The notes beneath the pieces were generated by a model. It made no database searches. It was not told where the DNA came from and worked only from the letters and a program-made list of their open reading frames with translations. A stretch of DNA of 63,759 nucleotides, counting the filler. It is 14 parts of 14 records of this genome, joined end to end, with 100 filler letters (N's around TTAATTAATTAA, not from the genome) between each part and the next. Parts side by side here need not be neighbours in the genome. Positions count along the whole stretch, not along the records: positions 8,354 to 12,953 come from SRR15195285_1028; positions 13,054 to 23,667 come from SRR15195285_1030; 12 more parts are not named here. One strand, written 5' to 3'. Position numbers and translations under genes: made by a program. This document shows, piece by piece, positions 11,401 to 20,472 of this stretch. Positions within the stretch are counted from its first letter, which is position 1. Each line of letters begins with the position of its first letter.

Positions 11401-12714
11401 CAGCAGAGGAATGCTTTTGAGAAAATGCAAGAGGCTCAGACCGAGCTTCATCGGACAAGTGATATCGTCCAGAAGAAATGCGATGATATTGTGGCCTTGA
11501 AGAGCAAGAACAGTAGGTTACAGGATCAGATCGAGTCCATTAGCCACGACAGCAAGTCCCAGCGTCCACGGTTCATGCGCGATAAAAAGGGCAACACAGA
11601 CGAGTTGAAGAAACTACGTGACGAGCTGCACAACTCCACCAGCCAGCGTCAAATTTTGGAGAGACGGCTGGACAGAGCTCGACTTGACATCAAACGGTTG
11701 GAGGGTGAGCTGGAAGGCGGCCAGGTCGATTTCACAGGGAGCTTTTCAAATTCAGTGCTGGAGCGCCCGGGCGCCCGGCAGTCTTTCGCGTCCCCGTCAA
11801 TGTCACGTGTCAGCACGAAGAGCGAGTCCAGGAGAGTCAGCTGGCATGCTGATGATGTGGAGGAGACACTAGAATACGAACGAGGCTCAACCCCAGTATT
11901 GACCGGCAAGCGTGCGACAACAAGAACAACTGATAGAAGTAAGCGGGGAGGGGAGGAGGACCACTACGACAGTGAAATGACTCCAGAGGAGGCGAGGAAG
12001 GCAGGGCGCAAGAAGCAAATGGCTGCCAGGTTCGCTGCTCTCTCGGCAGAGAGTGACGGTGAGAGTGCGCTGCTAGACGGTCCAGGCCATGGTCGAGAGG
12101 ACGATGGTGACCTACTGGCTGAGGCTACAAGGATACGCGACAGCGTGATGACTAGCGGCCTTAATATGATGACTATCGACCCTAAAGCGGCGCAAGCCGA
12201 AGACCCCGAGGCGCTTGAGCAATATAGGGAATATGAGAGGGATCGTCACCTGACACGCTTAGATTCGATGTGGGAGGGTTGTACAGTCCTGAAGCACTCT
12301 ACCTCGCGCGGCCGATCAAAATCTCGACATCTGCAGCTCAGTGCAGACACGACAGAACTCACTCTTGGGAAGACGACGTCAAAGCAGGCCACAACCACCG
12401 TGCCACTGGACGACGTTGTGCGAGTGCACTTTGGATCGCACGGTAGCCCTGGGTTTCGGGCGCGCGCAGTGATGTTGGGGCTTGCCGAATGGCACTGTTT
12501 CAGTCTCGAGTGCGCCAACGGAGATTTCGTCGACATAAGCACGACATGCGACGAGGATGCTGAGACGTGGTGTATCGGGCTACGCGCGTTTGTGGACAAG
12601 CAGCAGGGCGTTTCACTGGGGCATCGTGCGCACGAGGATCCGTGGGTGTATAGGGCGCAACAGTTGTTGTGGCAACGGGCAACGATGAGAGTGACAGCCA
12701 GTCTCGACGCGTGA
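8440..12714 (+). CDS. Large scaffold protein: PDZ-like domain, coiled coils, SH3/KOW-like barrel, C-terminal PH domain
   Basis: 1428-aa open frame. PDZ-like LNFKARGQLGIKFG...ITSLVKGGLAE (~9330-9580); long heptad regions; PLC/Num1-type PH-like GCTVLKHSTSRGRSKSRHLQLSAD...CFSL...DAETWCIGLR (~12270-12600). Confidence 0.75.
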   Translation: MAGDDGMMMGAGEQPSLDLAAASAQARQAIEQDEVFGELLGLLGEPAAAAVEASIAAQPASVLPMAPSAVDDSFGGEAAGATAARVQSATAAARVSTELDSAVSPTVSDDGFAYEEVEEVSDSDGDESDTLHLSGASTATPAASLPAAAGKTTAATSRSLFARDKRRSADVPAGAASVVRGGAAESTQTLHERYTELSAKIFRKEHTPAEAAEAERLANLLEAQDSAAEQPASEDDLPQRVARTPASIETKQQPATPSASRYEGSESVKRPRASEQQNGSHGLAGGVAKVLENGDTRLNFKARGQLGIKFGKDAGGHSVITSLVKGGLAETMCKAHGVSIQGSERLVYVGDVEVFSMLSSKTTEVLKAAAVARPLVLTFRPTAKMSPRRSPRNSQGSQRSVRATPGAASTSKPVQMTDGDDNSAVSEAEQAREDEMKAEIATLQALLAAKTRENSELAEKHSTLAEDSKQKEQQAEVLGQAQQVASVLQSHLSKLDMENEELRAQLQQAEERSRSDAQVALEVGMLVRVISDSEHIGREGTVHMIGGDTVTVLFPYEGGAGTEPADADEIMMSVVCPEGVQAGDPIEITTAEGETLEVVLPPGVAAGEEFTVSSPAKPRMHQKDGVQVEFHRDELELVGESDDVSSTPQKGDSKKKKKSMKRFDPSGWKSKKQLKEEAMEKKREEEDAEMQLLAEQSFHKGKGKISAGQADASANKLSRWTKRKAPVESSEPELNPLQGSFEKSLSARAPRIPAVSDSATKASPPKKIRAIGMDQLEAQLSGLPDKVQANVLERLRNEELLVFEVRRLKREARERQQQDNLARAWHEQYKDFVQQLTLLAKGRLGKVEVDEAFLGGELAEEQVAAIELIRKNMRAAKERASHYQRQLSETVKTKEKNETILHEMVTDPSFAAAGYDPTGSPGGGDEASMRSEIAHLKRTLKNREKMDRTARIVSAEAAVELNEMREKLEVAEHTASMARDQVRNARQQQRNAFEKMQEAQTELHRTSDIVQKKCDDIVALKSKNSRLQDQIESISHDSKSQRPRFMRDKKGNTDELKKLRDELHNSTSQRQILERRLDRARLDIKRLEGELEGGQVDFTGSFSNSVLERPGARQSFASPSMSRVSTKSESRRVSWHADDVEETLEYERGSTPVLTGKRATTRTTDRSKRGGEEDHYDSEMTPEEARKAGRKKQMAARFAALSAESDGESALLDGPGHGREDDGDLLAEATRIRDSVMTSGLNMMTIDPKAAQAEDPEALEQYREYERDRHLTRLDSMWEGCTVLKHSTSRGRSKSRHLQLSADTTELTLGKTTSKQATTTVPLDDVVRVHFGSHGSPGFRARAVMLGLAEWHCFSLECANGDFVDISTTCDEDAETWCIGLRAFVDKQQGVSLGHRAHEDPWVYRAQQLLWQRATMRVTASLDA

Positions 12715-12843
12715 ACCGATCGAACGGGCACTCGTGCTGCTGGCGGCACATTGAGACTACACGTTGTGACGTTTTGGTGCTGCTTGAATGAGAAATTTTG
12801 GATATGCGTTGAACAGTAGGCTGACAACGGCCAGATGCACTAT

Positions 12844-12953
12844 CTAGTAGTCGTCGCCTCCGATTCCTCCCATGTCGACGCTCTCCTCGGATTCCTCCTT
12901 TGCGGCTTCCTCCTTTGGCGCATCGTCGCCGCCGCCGCCGCCGCCGCCGCCGC
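12844..12953 (-). CDS. 3' end of a 60S acidic ribosomal stalk protein (P0/P1/P2 family), truncated by contig end
   Basis: The minus strand reads GGGGGGGGDDAPKEEAAKEESEESVDMGGIGGDDY*: a Gly hinge, an acidic EES stretch and DMG, typical of stalk P-protein tails. Confidence 0.7.
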
Positions 12954-13389
12954 NNNNNNNNNNNNNNNNNNNNNNNNNNNNNNNNNNNNNNNNNNNNTTA
13001 ATTAATTAANNNNNNNNNNNNNNNNNNNNNNNNNNNNNNNNNNNNNNNNNNNNCATAATTACTATAGTAAAAATTCGGTGCGTCCCCAAATGGGCACAAA
13101 ATCTGACGTACTCCATTTAAGTCCTTCGATGTTTGGAGGTCGAGATCGAGACCCGCAGGGGGTCTCCCTGTACTGGTGTACTAGACCAGAATCCTGGATC
13201 ACAACATAGGTAGGTGTACAACCATTAGGCGAAGTCATTGAAGGCGCAGGCACTACTACAATCATCACTGTGTTTGGCTGCGCGACTACGCTGATTTGCA
13301 CAGGGTTGACCGTAACACTGAACATTGACGCGTACTACTATGGCGATGGATGTGCTAGCCAACAACATCATTCCTTTTTGTTCACAACA

Positions 13390-16300
13390 TCACGCCCATG
13401 GGGCCAACTCAAGGTCTTCTGGCTCTGCAGTGTTGTCGCTCGATGCCTTCAGAAGTATCTCATGTGGTTGGTGCTTCGTGCCGTGTCTCCAAGTAACTTT
13501 GTCGATGGTGAAAACAGAGTAGGGAACAAACAAAAACTCCTCCTCTCCCGGGATCATGGTATTCTTCTTCACTAGAGACGCGTTGTACATTGGGCTACGG
13601 GCATCCATAATGATTAGCCACATCATGTGCGAATCACCCGTGTTCGCCCTATTGATGAAACCTTGAGCTACCTCACGGTTGGTTGTAGTCGCAAGGTACA
13701 TTGGCACCCGGTACGTCTTTCCCTCGACAAAGAATCCGCGATGTGTGTTGTCAAATCCAGTGCCACGGTACACTTGCTTGCGTGGGATCATTGACTCTCT
13801 CATCAGGTCAGTTGCCGCGTCTGGAGGCATATCGCCGACGACACAAAGTGCATTAATGCAACGGGAAATCCTCACGGCGCGTCTCACCATTTGAGCATCA
13901 TCCCGGCGGAAAATATCATTCAACGCATCATACAAACGCTTATTGAGGCCGCCTCTCATAAATGACTCTGACGTCCACATCACCATTGCCTGTTCCTTTG
14001 GCCCTCCAGGCTTTGATTGCGCTTGCTGTCTCAGCTTGTCTGCCAAGGTCTCGCCGTGCGTCTCCCGTACCCCATTCACTGCGCAATACAGTTTCAACAG
14101 CTCGCGTACCTCAGTGAGCAATGAGTCTGTGTCAGCTATGATGTCCCGCCCAGCATGTCTATACTCACGAAGGTAATTAGAAGTTGCAAGTGTAACGGGC
14201 GCTGGTCTAGCACTATCGGCAGTAGTGTACTCGACTGACTCGTTTGCCGTCCAGCTGTTGTCTTGTGACTCTGCTGGCAACTTCAAGACAAGGTATAGCT
14301 GCGCCCCTGGGCCGATATTTGGATAGTCTGCCACTGTTCCATCGCGAAGCTCTTGATGCGAGATTAAAAGACGCTGTTGATTTGGTGGCGTGCCTGACAA
14401 CGCCTGAAGTTTCGTCTTGAGCATTGAAATGGAATCGAGACTGCTCACTGTCAGCGAATACGTGTGCCCATTAAGAGTTGCGATATCCACCGTGAAACTC
14501 ATCTCTTCAGCTGCTCCAGACAACAGCGGGACGAATCCATCGTCCATGTTGGATTGCCCAATATGCTTAATGAAAATAATTGTTCCTATGCCAAACACAA
14601 CTACGATGATAACCGGAGCAACAAAGCTGCCTGGACCGAGGTGATGGTGGTCAGCGTGACTATCATGCATGTCATTTGTTGTCCTACAATCTCCTGCGCG
14701 CCCACCAATGAGAGTCGAGTCATAATAATGCACGGCGCTTGTATCAAGCGACCCGAAAACTACCACCATCAAGCTTAGTGCCCCTGCAGCGATGCTGCAC
14801 GTTGGGTCAAGCGCCTGCTTGGATGCCGCAGTTCCAAAAAATAGCAAAGCGCACACGCCGTACACAAGCAGCGTGATCGAGAATATAGATTCCTGCGTCT
14901 GATTCTGCGCCAAGCATGTTCCCCAGAACGTGGTACTGACCCAAGCCAAAGAAGAAAGAAAAATCATTAATGCTACGGCGGATTTCTTGCCTCGATACAT
15001 AAAACTGTAACCTGCGACGCCTGTTGCAAACGCCGTGGCACCTGCGGAAAGACCATAGAAGCACGCCTCTGCGGTTGTGCAACACACTGGTCGGACTGCT
15101 AATTCAGCAGGGCTACGACCGCTGGAACCACTAATCAAGGATGAATTGTGCGTGTACACAGCGGTGATGTCGATTGAGGCAAATGTCGATACAGCTACAC
15201 TTATCACGCCGATGCCGACACAGAATGCCTGATCCCAGACGCGAACGGCAGAAAAAGCAGCACCTGGCGTTGTATATCGCGAAAACCAACCAACGGACGC
15301 GACAAAGCTCAGTGTCCCGTACACGCATAACGCCACTGCAAAAGCAGCTTCCTGTCTCCTATCTAGTATCAGACACGACGCCCAAAATGACAGACATATG
15401 ACACTCAGCGGGAGCAATGATGCTGTGGCACCCAGTGTTATTGCAACAGCACCATGCTTCGAAATCGCGTGTACGGGCGAGTTCTCTCCTAGCTGCCCTT
15501 TGACTCTTAGCACAACTATACTGCCAATTGCTACGACACTGCCAGCCAGACCATCGATTCCATAGAACCACAGCTCATTGGCAGTGCAGTGTGCAGCTGC
15601 CTCATCGAAGACACTACAGGTGGCGTTGGAACCAATTACCGAGCTATCATACTTGAAGACCGTCACAAGCTCGATCAATGCAAATGTCAACATGCCTAAG
15701 CTCAGCAAGCCGATAGAAATGCAGCTGACAGCCAAGCCATTGCCCGCTCTGTATATCAACACGATGCTCCATGCAGCTTGCACCACAGCTGTGATGCAAA
15801 GCAACACTGAAAAAGCGGGTTCTTGCGAAGCGTCCAACGCAATGCAAGACGACACGAAGGCTACGCAGATGAATGATAGCCACGCCGTCATGACGGTACG
15901 TGTCATTTGCAGACCATCTGGTAGACAGAAGACTTGGCAGCCCGTCACCACAGCGAGTGTCAGCGCGATACCCCCGAAGAACCACAGCTCGTTCTCCTCG
16001 CACGCGGTGGGGCAGCTTGTGGCGTTTTGAGCCTCTTTTCCCCAGTCTGAGATCAACCCGCGATCGAGCGCAAACACAACGTAGATCTCGAGCGAGGATG
16101 AAACGACAATTAGTGCACTCATGACCATCAGTGCCACACTAACACGTTTTGCAGTCTCGTTTGGCTGCCCGAAACGAGGCAACTTAGCCACAGCTGTGAA
16201 GATGGATCCAGTTTGCTTCTGCTGCCCCTCACCTCGCTCAATCCACGTATTGCCAACCAGAGCAAGGATTCCATAGATGCAAATCGCAACCGCGAAAGAA

Positions 16301-17667
16301 GGCTCTACCGTATGGTCTTCTGTTGTGCATCTCAGCCAAAATGCCGCTAAGATGATACAAAGGGGCATTATGGTGATCGCAACGACGATCGGCACTGCGG
16401 AAATGCAGTGATCCATTTCCCTGCACCGAGCTACCGTCCACCCGAGACCAACACTCACGGCTACTGAGACCGCGATCAACGTCATTGTTTTGTAGAACCC
16501 ATACTCGAAGTCCAGTGCATCTATTGATGAGCACGCAGAGCACTCAGCAGGATGCTGGCGATATCGCCCGGGACCGCAGTCAAAGCAACTTGTGGCTCTC
16601 GTCTTGACGTTTGCACGTCCAGGAGGGCAAGTGCGGCAGTGCGTACTGTTGAATGCTGGTTGGTAGGTAAGTGCGGGACAGTCAACACATGAGCTCTGAC
16701 CGGCGTTTGATACTCGACCAGGTGTACAGCCCGTGCATGCAACAGCGGCAGAGCCGGCAACAGAGCCATCTTTGCATGCGATGCAGGTGGAGCTTTTGTG
16801 CACGGGCTGATATTTGCCTGGATCACAGTCCAGACACGCACTGCGGTCATCGTTCGACATTCTCCCACTTGTGCAAGCCTTGCACTCCGTAGCTCCTCCC
16901 CGAGCAACTGAGCCTGACTCGCAGTCAATGCAACTGCTACTCCGTTGCGTGGGCTGATACTGGCCATTTGGGCAGCTCTCGCAATATGACCCGGAATGAG
17001 AAAACTTTCCAGCAGGACAACTGACACAAGACGTGTGCCCAGAGTTCGAAGTTTGCCCCGCGGAACATGAAGTGCAGGTACAAGCACTAGAACCAGAGAT
17101 GTGGCCCGTCGAACAACCTATACACCGCGAGCTTCCTGAGTTCGAGTACATTCCCGGTTGGCACGAGTCGCACCGTGTGTTGCCGTTCTCGTGGTACCCA
17201 CAGCTGCAGTCGTTGCACGAGCACGCCCCTGACGCAGAGATTCTGCCACTGCTGCATCTGGAGCAGGAGGAACTCCTCTTGCTGGAATACTGCCCTGCAG
17301 AGCAAGATGTGCATGACGATGCGCAGGAAGACGAGTGTGTCCCACACGCACACGCCTTCTCTTTGCCATCACCAGAAAACACACCAGAGCCACAAAACGC
17401 GGCGCTGCCAGCACAGTACGCCCCCGGCGCGCAACAGTGGCAGTCGCACCCGAATACACAGGTTACATCATCTGAGCATTCGCCTGAGGGGCAGTCTCCC
17501 ATCGATCGCGGCAAACTGCCGCCATCTGCGGCAAACGCTTGCTGATCATCAAGTCTCTGGAGGTGTGTCGCATTGTACGTGACGTTCCCCCCCAGCGTGA
17601 CGCCGAGGACATGTGCCACGAGCACGGTGAAAGCGCATGGCCACCCCACGGCAAACATCCACGACAT
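13390..17667 (-). CDS. Receptor-like protein: signal peptide, Cys-rich (ephrin-receptor-like/GCC2-GCC3) repeats, ~17 TM, ubiquitin-like domain, R-S-E class ADP-ribosyltransferase domain
   Basis: Intronless ~1425-aa ORF. CxxCxxG repeats at ~17500-16520; TM region 16500-14570; Ubl FTVDIATLNGHTYSLTVSSLDSISMLKTKLQALSGTPPNQQRLL...LYLVLKL at 14500-14280; ART motifs VYRG (~13770), YLATTT (~13690) and GEEEFLFVPYSVF (~13540). Confidence 0.85.
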   Translation of the reverse strand: MSWMFAVGWPCAFTVLVAHVLGVTLGGNVTYNATHLQRLDDQQAFAADGGSLPRSMGDCPSGECSDDVTCVFGCDCHCCAPGAYCAGSAAFCGSGVFSGDGKEKACACGTHSSSCASSCTSCSAGQYSSKRSSSCSRCSSGRISASGACSCNDCSCGYHENGNTRCDSCQPGMYSNSGSSRCIGCSTGHISGSSACTCTSCSAGQTSNSGHTSCVSCPAGKFSHSGSYCESCPNGQYQPTQRSSSCIDCESGSVARGGATECKACTSGRMSNDDRSACLDCDPGKYQPVHKSSTCIACKDGSVAGSAAVACTGCTPGRVSNAGQSSCVDCPALTYQPAFNSTHCRTCPPGRANVKTRATSCFDCGPGRYRQHPAECSACSSIDALDFEYGFYKTMTLIAVSVAVSVGLGWTVARCREMDHCISAVPIVVAITIMPLCIILAAFWLRCTTEDHTVEPSFAVAICIYGILALVGNTWIERGEGQQKQTGSIFTAVAKLPRFGQPNETAKRVSVALMVMSALIVVSSSLEIYVVFALDRGLISDWGKEAQNATSCPTACEENELWFFGGIALTLAVVTGCQVFCLPDGLQMTRTVMTAWLSFICVAFVSSCIALDASQEPAFSVLLCITAVVQAAWSIVLIYRAGNGLAVSCISIGLLSLGMLTFALIELVTVFKYDSSVIGSNATCSVFDEAAAHCTANELWFYGIDGLAGSVVAIGSIVVLRVKGQLGENSPVHAISKHGAVAITLGATASLLPLSVICLSFWASCLILDRRQEAAFAVALCVYGTLSFVASVGWFSRYTTPGAAFSAVRVWDQAFCVGIGVISVAVSTFASIDITAVYTHNSSLISGSSGRSPAELAVRPVCCTTAEACFYGLSAGATAFATGVAGYSFMYRGKKSAVALMIFLSSLAWVSTTFWGTCLAQNQTQESIFSITLLVYGVCALLFFGTAASKQALDPTCSIAAGALSLMVVVFGSLDTSAVHYYDSTLIGGRAGDCRTTNDMHDSHADHHHLGPGSFVAPVIIVVVFGIGTIIFIKHIGQSNMDDGFVPLLSGAAEEMSFTVDIATLNGHTYSLTVSSLDSISMLKTKLQALSGTPPNQQRLLISHQELRDGTVADYPNIGPGAQLYLVLKLPAESQDNSWTANESVEYTTADSARPAPVTLATSNYLREYRHAGRDIIADTDSLLTEVRELLKLYCAVNGVRETHGETLADKLRQQAQSKPGGPKEQAMVMWTSESFMRGGLNKRLYDALNDIFRRDDAQMVRRAVRISRCINALCVVGDMPPDAATDLMRESMIPRKQVYRGTGFDNTHRGFFVEGKTYRVPMYLATTTNREVAQGFINRANTGDSHMMWLIIMDARSPMYNASLVKKNTMIPGEEEFLFVPYSVFTIDKVTWRHGTKHQPHEILLKASSDNTAEPEDLELAPWA

Positions 17668-18481
17668 GCGCACAAAGATATATTTAATGGATGATCGTTC
17701 TCCTGTCGCTACTGTCGGAAGCTGAGGTGCGCGTCACAGATAGTCCAGTATAGACCCGCGCCAGCAGCTGGGGTCGCGTCTCCCGCACCATCGTGCGCGG
17801 CCGGGTATCGCCGGCGCGTTCACCAGCCAAGTCAGAACTTGCATTTGATAAACTCGTATCAATAGCCGTGTTGCACTATACAAACATACGAGTTTGTGGC
17901 AAAAATGTAAAATCGCAGTATCAATTTCCCGAAGGAGCGAACGGGTGGGCTGGGCTCGATCGACTCATCCACTCAAGCGACCCCGGAATTCCCCACGGTT
18001 GGGAGCAAGGCGCTGCTGGCGGGCGGGCTGCGCTGGCTGATAGAGAGGTTGTTGCATCAAAGAGCTGTGTGCACATTGGAAAGGCTCTGCCCTCTGGCTG
18101 GCTGGCGGGTTGGCGCTGTGTGGGGAGGCTGTTTGGGGAGGGGGGGCGGGCTGTGCGTTGTGGGGGACGCGGGCTGGGGGTGTTGCCAACTGGGGTGCTG
18201 GCGTGGAGAATTGCTGGCGAGGGGCGCTGGGCTGAGCTGGTCTTGCTCGCAGATAGCGAGCAGCGCTGGTTAGCTCTGCCTCTGGCTGGGTGCGTGGAAC
18301 CGTGTGGGGCACAGAGGAGGGGCGGCTATTGCTTGGCCGTTGCGGGTCAGGATCTGGTGTTGCCAGCCGGCTGCTGTCACGCTGCACTTGCTGAGGAGGA
18401 CCCTGGGCTGAGCTGGGCTTGCTCTGGCTGGCTGGAGAGCTGTGTGGCCAAAAAAGGGAGTCTGGATAAGGGTGCGAGAGG

Positions 18482-20041
18482 ATGGATTTCCATCTGGACC
18501 GCGCGGACAAGAAGCTGAAGGACCAGCGCAAGCTGCGCGAGCAGAAGCGCAAGGCGGAGCTCGCCAAGCAGCGGCTCGTCAAGGAGAAGGCGCGCAAGCA
18601 GGCGGAGGAGATGGAGCAGCGGCTGGCCGCCGCACGTATGGAGAAGCAGCAGGAGATTGAGGACGCAGAGCGCCGGAAGATGGAGGAGGACTTGCTCACG
18701 GGAGGCATCGAGTACGGCGAGGTGTTGCGCGCGACCGCGCTGGAGGGCGAGGGCTCGAGCGACAAGGTAGTGCTGCCGCAGTCGGCGCTGGAGAAGCTTA
18801 CCAGCGCCGGAGTCTTTGACCAGGGCGGCGCGATGTTCTTCGAGTTGACAACAAGGGAGGGCGGCCGGACCCACTGCGGCGTGCGTGAGTTCGTCGCGGA
18901 AGACGGCACGATCGGCCTTCCACCGCGCGTGGCGACGTGCCTCGGCGCCGTGACAACCGCTGACGACCCGAACGCAGACACCTGGTCGTCGCGCGTCAAC
19001 GTGAAGTACGTTCGGCTCGACAAAGGCACAAAGGTGGTCCTGCAGCCGCACACAGCTGACTTTCAAAAGGATGCTGACGAGGCCACTGGCGCGGCGGCGC
19101 GGGTAGGTGCAGAGGTGGTCGAGGTGGACGAAGCTGTGGTCGAGACTCTGGTCGCGATGGGATTTGACCGGAATGGGAGCAAGCGTGCCGTCATGGCAGT
19201 AGAGAGGGATGCATCGACACGGTCTGGGAGCGCAGCCATCACGCGCGATGAAGTAGTGCCTCGCGCTGTCCAGTGGTTGATGGCTCCTGTGCGCACCACG
19301 TCCGAGCTGTCGGAGCCGCTCGCCGAAGGGCTCCAAGCGGTCTTGGAGCGCAACCTGCATAATTGCACCGCGCTGACTGTCGGCGACACAATCACCGTGC
19401 AGCACGCGGGGAAGCAGTACGAACTCTCCGTCCAGCAGTTGGAGCCAGATTCGAAAGTAAGCTTAGTGGACACGGAGCTTGAACTGGAGATCGCGCCATC
19501 GCGAGAGTACGAAGCAGCTATGGCCGCGAAGGCAGAAGAGGAAGCGAGAGCTGCGGCGGAGGAAGAAGCCCGCCGTGCAGCTGAGCGGGCTGAGCGCGCC
19601 GCGGCCGAGACGGCAGCTGCTGCTGAGAAACAGGCGCGGGTCGAGGCTGCCGAGCGGCGGCAGGCGCTCGCAGCGGAGGCACGTGCACGGTTAGAACGTG
19701 TGCCTGAGCCAGGTAGCGCTGAGACTGAGGGTGTGGTCAGCTGCGCGGTGAGACTGCCTGATGGCAGTCGCTTAACACGGCGGTTACGTGCAAGCGATTG
19801 CACAGCGCTGCTCTTCGACCTGATTGATGGTTCGGGCTGCGAAGACCCGTTGATCGCGGAGCCGTACCAATTGACTACCCGCTACCCGCGTGTTGTCGTT
19901 AGGGACACTCGCGCGCACGGGAATGCAATCTCGCTCGACGAGATGGGTTTAGGCGGAGAGAAGCAGGCGCAGTTTTTCCTGGAGGCAGCCGAGCCTCCTG
20001 CGACGCCTCCCGAGGTCGCAATGGAGGTCGCACCCTCATAA
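18482..20041 (+). CDS. UFD1-domain protein with inserted UBA domain and C-terminal UBX domain (putative p97/Cdc48 adaptor)
   Basis: UFD1 motifs SDKVVLPQSALEKL, THCGVREFVA, KGTKVVLQP, LERNLHNCTALTVGDTI and VSLVDTELELE. UBA: VETLVAMGFDRNGSKRAV...AVQWL. UBX: AVRLPDGSRLTRR...YQLTTRYPR. Confidence 0.85.
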   Translation: MDFHLDRADKKLKDQRKLREQKRKAELAKQRLVKEKARKQAEEMEQRLAAARMEKQQEIEDAERRKMEEDLLTGGIEYGEVLRATALEGEGSSDKVVLPQSALEKLTSAGVFDQGGAMFFELTTREGGRTHCGVREFVAEDGTIGLPPRVATCLGAVTTADDPNADTWSSRVNVKYVRLDKGTKVVLQPHTADFQKDADEATGAAARVGAEVVEVDEAVVETLVAMGFDRNGSKRAVMAVERDASTRSGSAAITRDEVVPRAVQWLMAPVRTTSELSEPLAEGLQAVLERNLHNCTALTVGDTITVQHAGKQYELSVQQLEPDSKVSLVDTELELEIAPSREYEAAMAAKAEEEARAAAEEEARRAAERAERAAAETAAAAEKQARVEAAERRQALAAEARARLERVPEPGSAETEGVVSCAVRLPDGSRLTRRLRASDCTALLFDLIDGSGCEDPLIAEPYQLTTRYPRVVVRDTRAHGNAISLDEMGLGGEKQAQFFLEAAEPPATPPEVAMEVAPS

Positions 20042-20448
20042 TAAAGTCACGGCAAGTATATGAGCGTACAACTCCGCAACAAGGTTCGACTTCGAGCGAG
20101 TGGTTCCTCATTCTATCTCATTAGATCTATTGGTACCACCAAGGAAGGTCTCTAACAGCCTAAGTCTAATAGAATAGCTTCGGCTCGTCGCGTCATCGCT
20201 CAATGACTCTTCCGCACCAGAAGGATCCGCGCAGCTAGAGGGGACGTAGGCTAGGCAGCTTGAACCACCCCTACTCTACACAGCAAACAATGGCACTGGA
20301 TCCGCTCACAAGGCCATGTGAGCATTTTGCCCCGGTCAACTGGATTGTCACTGAGTGCTTGAAAAAGCGCTACCATAATTTCGGTTGAATGTATGCATTG
20401 ACTGTACAGCTGTACCTGGTACCATCCATAGTCAAAATGGTACTGCTG

Positions 20449-20472
20449 GTGTGTGTGTGTGTGTGTGTGTGT
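20449..20472. repeat. (GT)n microsatellite
   Basis: About 12 GT units in the intergenic region between convergent genes. Confidence 0.9.

Noticed and set aside
12691-12847. Extra 3' exon of the scaffold gene overlapping the P-protein stop
   Set aside because: The donor is weak and the frame does not give a convincing exon; the stop at 12714 is simpler.
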